Positions 52,455 to 64,000 of a stretch of DNA of 64,000 nucleotides are shown piece after piece. Source of the DNA: Octopus sinensis. Its lineage: Eukaryota. The DNA is taken from assembly GCF_006345805.1 (NCBI RefSeq), contig NC_043008.1, positions 75,578,001-75,642,000 on the forward strand, written 5' to 3'. The notes beneath the pieces are model-generated. The model was given only the letters and a program-made list of their open reading frames with translations. It was not told the origin of the DNA and made no database searches. Position 1 is the first letter of the stretch. Each line of letters opens with the position of its first letter. The translations under genes were made by a program, and so were the position numbers.

Positions 52455-52660
52455 TAGTTAATCCAAACAAGAAAACACAGAAAAAAACACAGCAACGCGA
52501 GGACGTGGAACAATTAAAGTATTATTTGACGCTCAGGAAAGAAGGGAAGGAGGGTTTAATGTTTCGAGCGGAGCTCTTCGTCGGAAACAAGGAGAAGGAA
52601 GGATCCCGAGAATGGAAGACAGAGGAAAAAATATTTTTGCTGGTGGTGCTCAAGATATAC
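52455..52660 (-). mobile_element. PLE pLTR family B fragment
   Basis: Related to family A (TCCTGAGCGTCAAATAATAC vs TCCCGAGCGTTAAACTAATAC); ends at (TA)n. Confidence 0.7.
52554..52588 (-). ncRNA. Minimal hammerhead-like motif with variant core CCGACGA
   Basis: Reverse complement GTTT-CCGACGA-A-GAGC(TCC)GCTC-GAAA-CA-TT-AAAC; stem III probably CpG-decayed from ACGT. Confidence 0.55.
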
Positions 52661-52842
52661 ACATACATATAGGAATATATGTACATATATATATTTGTGT
52701 ATACACACATACACACACACATACACAAATATTCACATATATTTACGACTGTCTTCTTTCAGTTTCCGTGTACGAAATCCACTCACAAGCCTTTGGTCAG
52801 CCTGCGGCTATAACATACGCATACACACGTACATACATGGAT

Positions 52843-52955
<113 letters not shown>

Positions 52956-53099
52956 ATTAAAACACGCTGAGGACGGGTAACCACCCCACCCCTCGCAAAT
53001 ACCTATCGGAAAGAGAATGTGTGCCGTTAGCCACTGGAGGAGATGTCTTCTTGGCGCTATAAACGTCAGTAGCACTGCCTTGTATACGACGTCAAACTT

Positions 53100-54530
53100 G
53101 GTTCCCTAACAATGGGCTACATGGAAATAATCATTTACCAGGAATATTTATCAATCTTTGGAAACCTCCTTTCTCAATACATAAAAGAGAATTGGAAACG
53201 ATTCTTAGACGATTGTTTTATACTCTGGAATGAAAACACAGATAAACTCCTAAAATTTAAAAACCTATTGAACAGCATAAACCCAAATATACAGTTCACA
53301 ATGGAATACAACCAAAAGGAGCTCCCGTTCTTGGATATACTAATTAAAAAAATTAACCTTAAAATAGAAACAGACATTTTTTTACAAAGCCACAGACGCC
53401 AAACAATACCTTCTTTTCAATTCATGCCACCCAAGACACACTAAAACAAACATCCCCTTCAACCTTGCAAGAAGGATATGCACAATAGTGTCAGAACAAA
53501 ATACCAGGAACTTTAGACTGCAAGAACTCAAAAACACCCTAATTGACAGACATTACCCAGCTCAACTCAAAGAGGATGGGATCAGACGTGCAACAGAAAT
53601 CAACATAGAAACTTTAAGAAAAGTTCAACACAACAACACACCTTCCCCGAAAATACTACCTTACATATCTACATACAACCCCAGAAACAAAGAATCCTTC
53701 ACCATCATTACCCAGAATTTACCAATACTTCATAAGGACCCCAAATTAAAGGAAATTCTAAACATACACCAAATCATTAAAAGCTACAAACTTAAAAAGA
53801 TTCTCACAAAGGCAAAATTGTTTTCTGAAATTACGGATGCAAAAGTAAAAAAATGTGGTAGATTGAACTGTGCAACATGTCCAAACCTGCTAGAAGGATC
53901 AGAATTCCTCTTTAAAGAGGGACAGAAATTCAAGATCAAATCTAGCTTTACTTGTGCCTCTGAAAACCTAATTTATGTCATAAAATGCTCGGGCTGCCAC
54001 CAAGACTACGTGGGATCCACGGGACTATCACTCAGACGTAGATGCACACTGCATCGACAACAGATTGCATTCCCAGAATACAGAATGATACCTTTTAGTG
54101 AGCACACTGAGAGATGCGCAAAGCAACTACTACCACAATTTTTAATATTTCCATTTTACCAATGTGCTATCGGATCATCAACACAAATTAGACTAAACAA
54201 GAAAACATTCTTCATTGAAAAGTACAAGCCCAGACTTGACCATGCCAACATACTGATACAGAGAATATCACACCAAGGGAAAGGAAAAAATAAATAAAAA
54301 ATTTTAAGCGATTATCTCCCTTATACCGGAAGAAATCACTCATTACCTCCCCTTATTTAGAACTCTTTTAAACATAAACATAAAGATAACTCTGTTCGAG
54401 ATAAACATAACGTCGTAAGAAATTTGAAAAGCTAAACGCGAAACCGGTCTTTCTTGTAAACTATGTCATTGTAAGAAAATTTTTTTTTATATTCTTCAGA
54501 CATATTGACGCAAATATATATATTTTTTAA
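53100..54530 (+). mobile_element. 5'-truncated Neptune-like Penelope element (RT C-terminus, GIY-YIG and pLTR)
   Basis: WKRFLDDCF, ELPFLDILI, KKCGRLNCATC, NLIYVIKCSGCHQDYVGSTG in ORF 53488..54297; same family as 14410-15940. Confidence 0.9.
54417..54455 (+). ncRNA. Hammerhead-like motif in the PLE 3' pLTR with a U3/A8 core
   Basis: AAGAAA-T-TTGAAAA-GC(TAAAC)GC-GAAA-CCGG-TC-TTTCTT. Confidence 0.5.
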
Positions 54531-54589
54531 CCTTTAAGCCTTCCATAGTTTTTTTCACTTTTTACTATTTTCTATATATATATATTTTC

Positions 54590-54670
<81 letters not shown>

Positions 54671-54699
54671 TATGTGTATATATATATATATATATATTT

Positions 54700-54907
54700 C
54701 TTTATTGCCCACAAGGGGCTAAACATAGAGGGGATAAACAAAAACAGACTAAGGGATTAAGTCGATTACATCGACCCCCCAGTGCGAAACTGGTACTTTA
54801 TTTATCAACCCCGAAAGGATGAAAGGCAAAGTCGACCTCGGCGGAATGTGAACTCAGAACGTAACGACAGAGGAATTTCGCCCGGCGCACTAACGAGTCT
54901 GCCAGCC
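54700..54907 (-). mobile_element. SINE (same family as 45373)
   Basis: Reverse complement of 45380-45600. Confidence 0.85.
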
Positions 54908-54911
54908 TTAT

Positions 54912-54995
<84 letters not shown>

Positions 54996-55003
54996 GATAT
55001 ATA

Positions 55004-55041
<38 letters not shown>

Positions 55042-55092
55042 TATATAATATATATAAATTGATCAAAATAAAAACATGATGCGAAGGATTCA

Positions 55093-55170
55093 GCGGTACA
55101 TATGTTTCGGGCCTTTATTAGACAGATTTATAACAATGCATAATGTATGTCTGTGGCCTTCTTCAGCCGC
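55093..55170 (-). ncRNA. Type I hammerhead ribozyme (left arm)
   Basis: Reverse complement GCGG-CTGAAGA-AGGCC...GGCCC-GAAA-CATATG-TA-CCGC. Confidence 0.8.
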
Positions 55171-56262
55171 GCACAACAGCTTCCACAAGGACATGTGTTA
55201 CATCAAAAATTCTTGGTTGGGGATGCAAATCCTCCCATTCGCGTACGACATAATGCCGCAGCAGTATAGAATTGAAGCGTCCATCTCTTTCTTCTCTCAA
55301 TGTAGGATGAGGAAAAATGGATGTTGAAGTAATGTAAATAAATAAATACATGTATATACGTGTATATACATCCTTTAATATATTATATCTAGACCTGGAA
55401 GCGTGGGCATATGCGTGTGTGTATGTAATGATGGGCGCGCGTATGTACATGTGAGTGTGTACACGTATAGTGTCCGTGTATACATGCGGATATTCTGTTG
55501 TATGTATGTATGTGTACGCACGTGCGTGTGGGTGTGTGTGTGTTTATATGCATGTTTACACGCGAGTGCGTGTGTATGCTTATAGGCTTGGAGGCGTATA
55601 TGTACGCGTGTATATGGGTGTGTGTATCCATGTTGGTATGTATGTACTAGAAGTCCAAATAATTCAAGGAACCAGATTAAACGCTCAACAGCTCTGATTT
55701 ACAACGCATTAGGTCCCCAGACGAAACTGTTGATTTACTGACAATTCTACAACTAAATTTTATCTATCTCCTGACCACCATGCTTGGTCCTTAACCTCTA
55801 TACATCGCTTATCTTTATATTTTTTTATATTTTGTTACATTTTTATCATGTTTTTTTACTTTTATTTTTATTTCTATTTCTATTTTTACTTTATAACCTT
55901 ATGCCTTTACATTTATTTATATTTCTTTATATTTCTTTATATTCTTTATACCCCCTTTACATCTCCTTATATCTCTTTATATCTTTATACTCTACATTTT
56001 TATATTTTTCTATACTTACACTTTTTATACATTTTTTATCCCTCGTCCTGAATTCTCGCCCCTCCATCTTCACGTATATACATGTATTTATTTATTTACA
56101 TTACTTCAACATCCATTTTTCCTCATCCTACATTGAGAGAAGAAAGAGACGGACGCTTCAATTCTATACTGCTGCCGCAGTATGTCGTACGCGAATGGGA
56201 GGATTTGCATCCCCAACCAAGAATTTTTGATGTAACACATGTCCTTGTGGAAGCTGTTGTGC

Positions 56263-56340
56263 GCGGCTGAAGAAGGCCACAGACATACATTATGCATTGT
56301 TATAAATCTGTCTAATAAAGGCCCGAAACATATGTACCGC
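56263..56340 (+). ncRNA. Type I hammerhead ribozyme (right arm)
   Basis: GCGG-CTGAAGA-AGGCC...GGCCC-GAAA-CATATG-TA-CCGC; palindromic stem III; GUA cleavage after 56336. Confidence 0.8.
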
Positions 56341-56442
56341 TGAATCCTTCGCATCATGTTTTTATTTTGATCAATTTACTCCACGACCTAAACCACCAAA
56401 CGGTATACACAGGTGCTTATAATTATCAAGTACTCACCCCGA

Positions 56443-56502
<60 letters not shown>

Positions 56503-56504
56503 TG

Positions 56505-56535
<31 letters not shown>

Positions 56536-56552
56536 TGTGTGTATGTATGTAT

Positions 56553-57180
56553 ATGCGTGGTCTGATTATTAAGCACCCGGACTATTGCTATAGTAAAGAA
56601 GGTAAGGGACGTAGAGGGGAGCGGCTTGGAACAAATTGACATTGAATTTTGCTGTGCATGCTCACTGAGCTTTAACGTTCTTGCTCACTTCCACTGTTTA
56701 CAACACTGCCTGAAATGAAGGTGTGTAGCGTGTGATCTGCAGAGAATCTGCATCAAATTTTTCCAAAACCTTGGTGACACCTGCTCAGAGCCTACACAAA
56801 GTTTTCATCGTTCTTCACACAATCAAGGAGATCTTATGTAACTGAAACCCCATTTTATTTATTTGGTCAACTGAAAGCAGTTTCGACGCAAACTTGAGTG
56901 ACACGCGTCTCATACATAAATCCTCAGTGACAATGGTCTGACCTGAACCGTAACTAATCTGCACAGCCTCTGATAACTCATAAATGGGGATTCAACGATA
57001 TCCCCTCATAGCTGCACGCTTAAATGCCATGTTTTTCTCAGTTCTGCTGGTTGCGAGTCTTTCAGAACGTTCGTCAATATCAAATTTATCGACGATCTTG
57101 GAAACGTCTCAACCACATGTACGCTTGCGTGTGGCTCATACAATCCTCTCCATACACTTGCCGCAATTTTGCGTAGGCCA
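56553..57180. mobile_element. 5' part of a second mariner family with an internal inversion
   Basis: TIR-like start GTGGTCTGATTATTAAG; plus strand QRICIKF..LGDTCSE; minus strand AKLRQVYGEDCM..TEDLCMRRVSLKF..KNDENF. Confidence 0.8.
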
Positions 57181-57279
57181 CTGTGCATGACAACTGTCTC
57201 TATCATGGAAAAATATATCTAAAAATATTATATATATGTGTGCTTCTTCAAAAGACTTCGGAGGGTTTTATATATATAT

Positions 57280-57323
<44 letters not shown>

Positions 57324-59130
57324 TTATGTATTTATGTATGTCTGTATGTGTGCAGGTATGCCTGTATACACGAAAATTGTCTAGCCATTATGGTGCAATC
57401 AATGGTAAATAATACAATACGAAGATGAGGTGAAAAAAAATAACAACAACGTATTAGGTGAACTTTCATGGAATGAGTAAAAAGAAAAAAATGCATTTTC
57501 GTTTTTGCACATAAATTCTTCTTCTGAAAGGATGGATAGACAAAGAGAGATAAATAGAGAAAAAAATAAAGAAAATTACGCCTGTATATGGAACCGTCAC
57601 AGAAACACACACTCCCTCACACACATACACTGTTCACTCTTTTGGCTGATTCTTTCACTTGCGTGCTTATTTCTTATTGAATGTAAGACGTGCCATTTCC
57701 CACTGACATATTATTGCACTATTCAATTCGTAGCAGTAGCTATTAAAATTTAGACGGAATGGCAATTTAGAAGGCGATGAGATCATTACTTCTTTTCCAC
57801 GGCGCTATCTATATTTGATATGTAGATTGTGCAAGAAGTCGATACAAGGAACACCTTGAAGCAATCCACATCAAAAAGAAAATGATATACTGGTAGCAAA
57901 CGGGCTGAGAAATTGTATTCATGTTTTTGTTCGGGATTTACATGATGCGAAATAAATTTCATTGTGAACACAAATATTTGTTCCTGCTAATTATAGCAAT
58001 TAACAGAAAAAATAAATATAACCTAATAGTTGTTCTTTTACAGAAACCTACAAAAAAGAATTAATTATGCCTCCTTAAACATCTCCACCAGTATCTGCAA
58101 TCAGATCTTCATTGACATTTGTCCCACCACTTATTGTACATAAGTTAAATTGTAGTCAGTGGGACTGAAACCTTATTCAGTTCAAAAGTTAGTTGACAGT
58201 CCCGGTTGTCTAAAGTGGACGCTCCTGTTGCGAATTATAAAATGGAAAATTGCATTTAGAATTGATAATTATTTATCCTTGTATCGAAATTATTTAAATT
58301 CCTTTTTAGATTTAATTTAATCAATTGTTATGCAATTCCGTAGTACTAGTCTTATCAGCCATAGCACTATGTGTAATGAAGTTTGAACTAAAACAAAAGA
58401 AGTTGGAAACGGTACCTATTTTTATTCTCTCACGATGTTTCAAATCCTTTCCCGTCATGTCTGCCTGAAGCAGAATGTGTGTTAACATGAGATAGTCGCC
58501 GCCGTATTATGAACCTATGTTATTTGACACACCTCATGTTAGTTTCTTCATATATACTGTTCCGTACTGGCCGAGGGAATATTACAAGAATTATGGAGTT
58601 TTCTTGCTAGATTGATTGCTTTCACTGCACCGAAGTTGCTCAACATACATTAAGAAAATCATATTTAACCTATAGACAGAACCCTGACAGGTAGTAATGT
58701 TCTAGGTCAGAACGGATCTGGAAGTAATCGTAATTAAGGGGTGACTTCCGGGTCCTCACTACTCCAGAACATCCGAATTGTAGCCTCACCACAGGATGGG
58801 ATTAAATGTCACACCTAGGACATATGTTTGAAATATCTGTCGTTAAACAACTTGGTCTAGAGTTTGAACCAAAATCAACAAATTCATTACTTCTCTGCTA
58901 GCGATATCAAATTATCCATTGGAATTATCCGAAGCAAACTGCTCCAATAAATATTTTAAAAGAAAAAGACAATTAGCTTAATGGATATTCCCGAATCATA
59001 GTTATGTGCCATTACGTATCGAATGAAGACAAGGAGCATTGACACCATGGAACTTCAGCACAATATCATTACTTCTCTTTTACCATAATGATACGGAAAA
59101 TTACTTTACTTCAGAAAAAATGATTACCAC

Positions 59131-59670
59131 GGTGGAACTCGAAGCAATCAAACGAAGCAATACTAAGAAAATCGTCTCGATGCAGCATGTCAGCTACTGA
59201 GAAAGACTTAAAGAATTAAAACTCTTCTCCCTGGAACGAAGGCGGGAGAGATATGCAGTGATATACATATGGAGAATCCTAGGACTTTACCAAACTTTGG
59301 CATTGAAAGCTACTCAAACTGCAGAACGGGGCGCCACTACATAGTGCCAAAGAATCCAGCATCGCCTTCAAAATACAGGACCAGATACTGCAACAGCTTG
59401 GGCTTCAAGGGCCCACAGCTCATTAATATCCTCCCAAAATGCCTCATAGACCTGCATGGTGTGGATGTAAGTGTTTTTAATACAAAACTGGATCTCTTCC
59501 TGTTGCGGGTTCCACAGGAGCCTACCTCACGGCAGGAAACACAAATAAGGGCAGCAGCATCAAACTCCCTCATTGACCGAATGCCACATATCAGAGGAAG
59601 TTCCAAATAATGGTGTAGCTCAGTCAACGGTGGTGCTCCAGCATGACCGCAGCTTTGCAAGTGAGACATT
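59131..59670 (+). mobile_element. 5'-truncated CR1-group LINE 3' end (same family as 10941)
   Basis: Aligns to 11505-12020; SLERRRERY and [13 protein letters not shown] motifs. Confidence 0.9.
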
Positions 59671-60963
59671 TTAATATATTAAAATTTAAATATTAAATAA
59701 TCAAAATCCAAAAATGAACTTAGATGTACCATTTTGATGTCACATGTCTATGGTTTGCATTTTTGTACCCAGGGAAACTTACACCGGACAAAACTTACAA
59801 ACATTCAAGTAGTAGACATAATTTTTTCTGTCTATGTATATGCAAGCAATGCGTATGTCATCTGCTCTGCCTTAACCTAAGTGATTATGTTTATCCATGG
59901 CTTAACTTAAATGAACATGTTTTCATAGGCGTATAATTAATAAGCCATTCGTTGACAAGAGCGTGTTACAATGCATTTGACCACCTAGTCATAGTAATTC
60001 GGTCAATAAATTTCCATACAACAGTGTGTAATGATTGTTCAGTTTCGTCTTGATATTCCCAATGTATACACGTTATATCAGTGATTACTCCAATATCTTA
60101 ATGCATTGCAGAGTTTTAATATGAAACCATATTTATAAGCCGCTTCTATAGAATCATCAGCACACAATTGCAAACGTAGTAAAATGTCGATACTACCACT
60201 TCAATATCTTATATAATACCAAATGTCATGAAAGTTGATGACATTATATGAACAATGCCATCGTAAATTACGAGTTTAGCAGATCCACTTTAGTAGATGC
60301 TTATCAATTATACACTGACACATTACCGCATATACAACTATGTTAGTATAAAGTTTATCTCGTTTCCTACATAAGGGTGGTGTGGTAAACATATATATTA
60401 CATACATATTCCACCTGTTTCTGCTGAGTGGCTGAATGTTGGAACCACCCCACGTATTCACACCTGCATCTCTATTAACATTACGGAGATTCTCGTCATA
60501 ATTAATTATATTTTTCCTTGGTTTCAGTAGAAGTGTCTTAGAGGGAGAAAGGGAAATAGTATTTCGGTTGATTGAATCGTCTGCATTATTCTATTATTTC
60601 ATAACGTCTTTTCATTGGCAAAACTGAAGGTATACTCACAATTATAGAGAAAAATAAAGGAAATTCGGAACTAACATTTCATGCAACTCATTACCTACAA
60701 AATATTATTAGTGGAGTCGACATTCCTTTACAAAATTATGGCCACAGTCATTTGGTGTACAAGTGCCAATTAACCCTTTTTAATATATCAACACAAAGTA
60801 CAGATACATAAATCTTAACTATTTACATTTCTGTCTCTTAATCAATTTGTGATATTAAGTCACAAACCAACACATCTTAATCTCTCTTTCGCTTTAATAA
60901 TATATCATTTTTTACCGGATTTTCAGACGTTTCCTTCTGTCACGTAGGAACAGAAATTGGTAA

Positions 60964-61028
<65 letters not shown>

Positions 61029-61971
61029 ATGTGTGTGTGTGTGTGTGTATGTCTGTATATATATACACGTGTGTGTGTGTGTGCATGTGTGCTCGCACAT
61101 GCGTATCTGTGCGTGAGTAAATATATAAATGCACACATAGACGTACACACACACACACACATATATATAAATAGATGAATAAATAGACTTATAGGTATTT
61201 GTGTATAAGTGTGACTTTGACTGTATATTGTAATGCGCTTGCATTTATATGTGTTCCTAATAGGTCAATACAGTGTGGAAATTAGCACATGATAAAACAT
61301 GAAATATATGTAATCTGGGTTACGTTTGAGTAATTGTTATCCAGTTAAATCACAGACGTAAACGCCAAAAATAAGTGATACGATGCCGTAATTGAAGCAT
61401 TTAATTTATTTATCACTTAACGTGTGAGGTCTCTTGTGAATAGTACTAGTAACATGGATTTCTGTACAAATTGTTGCATAGTCGGGTCGTCGGCGACTAA
61501 ACCGATACCGTCACTAGATTTCCTTGGTGATAGGGATTACTAGAAACCCAGCAGAACTAAAAGCGCAACCTGCCAAAAGGATGTAGATTCAATGACTATC
61601 CAGCAATAGCACGGAGTCTCATAAATTCCAAGTTGGTGTCCGCGTACTGGAAGATCAGTTAAAATGGGGCACCCCTTATCTTTTCTTATAGCATGTCTCT
61701 AGAACGTACTTCAACCCCAAGCTGTGATAATCAGCGGTGGTTTGGTCAGCAAATCCTCTGTGACGGTCCACAATCAACGGAAAATGAGCTGTTACAGATC
61801 ACGCTATCCTACATTTTGTATGGAGGTGGCCGGGGACCACGTGCACTTGGCTTTCCACTGAAACTCTGAACATGAACTCTACACCTCAACTGCGAATAAC
61901 GAATCCAATTATTGCGTCAGCGCTATCCGACACTGCTGACCGTCAGATATGGTCAATATTCGTAAGGGACT

Positions 61972-62612
61972 ATTTAACGCGCAAGATTTTGTATAGTCCA
62001 TAAGTAATTTGGTCCTCTCCGCGAAGCAAATGTTGCAACGGCCACTCCCATTTATATATGGGCATGGATGATCTATTTTTTCCACCTGATATCACATGGG
62101 GTCCCTTGATCTTTAGGGTGCTACACATGACGGGCCAAAGTCGTGACAAAAGGTCTTTCTGGGACCCTGAAAGATGGCTCGTGGTTTATGGAAGCGACGT
62201 TTGAGTGATTTACTGGCTGATCCGATATATTTACAAACTTGGGATGTGGTTATATTCGCACTCCTGGAATATCTCTGAAAGGCACCAAATCTGGAGATGC
62301 TATTGGTAACACCGTTCCTGGCGCAGTTGATATGGCGCCATGATCCGGTGGTGTTATCACCGTGGTTATCACTATTGGTTATATAGTTGGCGATGCTACT
62401 GCTGGCGTTAGTGCGGGTGCGGCCGTTGGTAGCATATGTTGCGGTGCCGGTCATCCCATTGGTGTCGATGATAATTGCTTGGTCATCATCTGTGGTGGTG
62501 GTACTGAGAACGCCGGATTCCTCCTCTGTGTCACTGGTCCTGTATTGGTCACCATCTCTAGGTGTGGTGATTGTACTGATGGTAACATATATACAGGACA
62601 GGTCACTCTGTC
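61972..62612 (-). mobile_element. Second partial copy of the split GIY-YIG Naiad fragment
   Basis: Aligns to ~50775-51424 with few substitutions. Confidence 0.9.
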
Positions 62613-64000
62613 TGCTCAGAGTTGGCTCAACTGAAACCAGGTGACACCGCAAGTGTACTTAATCAGTGGTTTGTGACTGACAAAAAACTTCCAGGATACA
62701 TTGTTTCTTATTTGTCATATTTCCATAAATTAACCACACTCTCCATTATATTTTCTGTGTAAAAACAGTGTAAAATATTTGCACTATTTTAACCACATTG
62801 TTACCAGAATCGATTAAATAAATATCAAGTAAAGTGGCTTATCGAATGCATCATATGAATCATTATTCAAAACATAATTGAACGCTTGTTTTATCTATTC
62901 AGTTACGTCACTGTTCTTATCGCACTAAATGCACTGCTGCTCACATGACAAGGGTATAAAGATCAAAGCAATTTGCGACGTATAAAAATATATTGTTTCG
63001 GTTCTTGTTTGCGACGCTAGCAATTAATGTGTGATAGGCGCCATAATAAAAAAAAAAAATAGATATATCAGTTAAAAGTTTGTTATTTTAATGTGATGTA
63101 TAGTAATAAAGGGATATCTTATGTATAGTATATTGACGGAACAAATATTTTCTAATAATTATATTGAATTACTACATGAATGTTTGTCTTAGTGAGTTGC
63201 AGAAATACTTTTTAAAGCATCAGATGAAGGTGTGCTTAAGTCTATATAATATATTAATTTTCCTGGCTCACGGTCAAAATCATTAATATTGCAATCGGTT
63301 TGTTGGGACTCAATAAAGTACTACATTTATTATGTTGACATGAATTAAAACTTCTTACGACCTATATGAAAAGTTCTGTCGTATCTCTGTTTGAACGTCA
63401 ATATCGTTCTTCATATTAAAATGGGTATTAACAGAGCCCCTACTTAAAATATTAAAACAATGTCGAAGACGCTGAAGTGATAGAAACTGTAAATAACCGG
63501 ATTTATGCCTAACAATATTCATTTTCATCTCTCTGTATTCTAACTTAAATCTTACTGAGTACAACTATGAATTTTGACCCACTGGTGTATGCATTCATAG
63601 TTATTGTTATGACTTCGTTCAGTGCAAATCTGACGCTTTGTAATTCGGCACATGTTCTTTTCTGAGACAGCATCTCACTGTCAGTCTTCAATCACTTCAC
63701 GTGATAGGAAAACATTTAAGAGAAGACAAGCTTGTAAGATAATACGATTTGAATAAGAAAATGTTTACATAAAACGATAACGATCATCTCTATATAAATT
63801 AATAATTTGTTGTGCTTTTATCAAATGAATAATTTATCGCTTCATAACAGGACATAGTTATTCATAGCGACAAAATAGTTGCAACGTTTCTAATATTGAT
63901 TCGTTAATTGGCCAAAGATCAACTTAACCGTAGTAAATACACAATCCTGTCAACTACTTTTGGCATTCTAGTGGAAGAAATGCCAAAATTGAACCCAGAG

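Larger units (their letters stand above)
55056..56377. mobile_element. PLE-type inverted pLTR structure: ~307-bp arms 55056-55362 and 56070-56377
   Basis: Arms are near-identical reverse complements (about 3 differences seen), each with a hammerhead. Confidence 0.9.

Noticed and set aside
52968-53030. CTGAGGA...GAAA motif upstream of the Neptune fragment
   Set aside because: No stem III or UH triplet in the correct register.
61440-61970. Moderately GC-rich stretch next to the second GIY-YIG copy
   Set aside because: Could be a LINE 5' UTR or decayed ORF, but no motif was recognisable.

Overview
AT-rich, microsatellite-dense animal genomic DNA, most likely octopus (inference from tRNA-derived SINE families resembling octopus OR1/OR2 and the cephalopod-like repeat landscape). 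I find no supportable host protein-coding exon, tRNA/rRNA gene or CRISPR array. The window is a nested transposon graveyard: a Tx1/L1-type LINE relic (ORF1 zinc knuckle plus AP endonuclease), two CR1-like LINE 3' ends, a young RTE/BovB-like LINE fragment, two mariner relics, a Helitron-type element, several SINE families and many Penelope-like element (PLE) pieces (Neptune-like and Naiad-like). The main signal missed by the ORF track is a dense set of type I hammerhead ribozyme (HHR) motifs from at least six unrelated sequence families. They sit in tandem (retrozyme-like 466-nt and 589-nt units) or inverted repeats, mostly anchored on microsatellites, and several carry non-canonical cores (U at position 6, C at position 4, U3/A8, extra nucleotide after A9). 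A second oddity is a Naiad-like GIY-YIG domain split by a ~585-nt insert that may be an intron or a low-complexity protein insertion; most of that region is present twice. All assignments were made by eye; no searches or folding programs were run.
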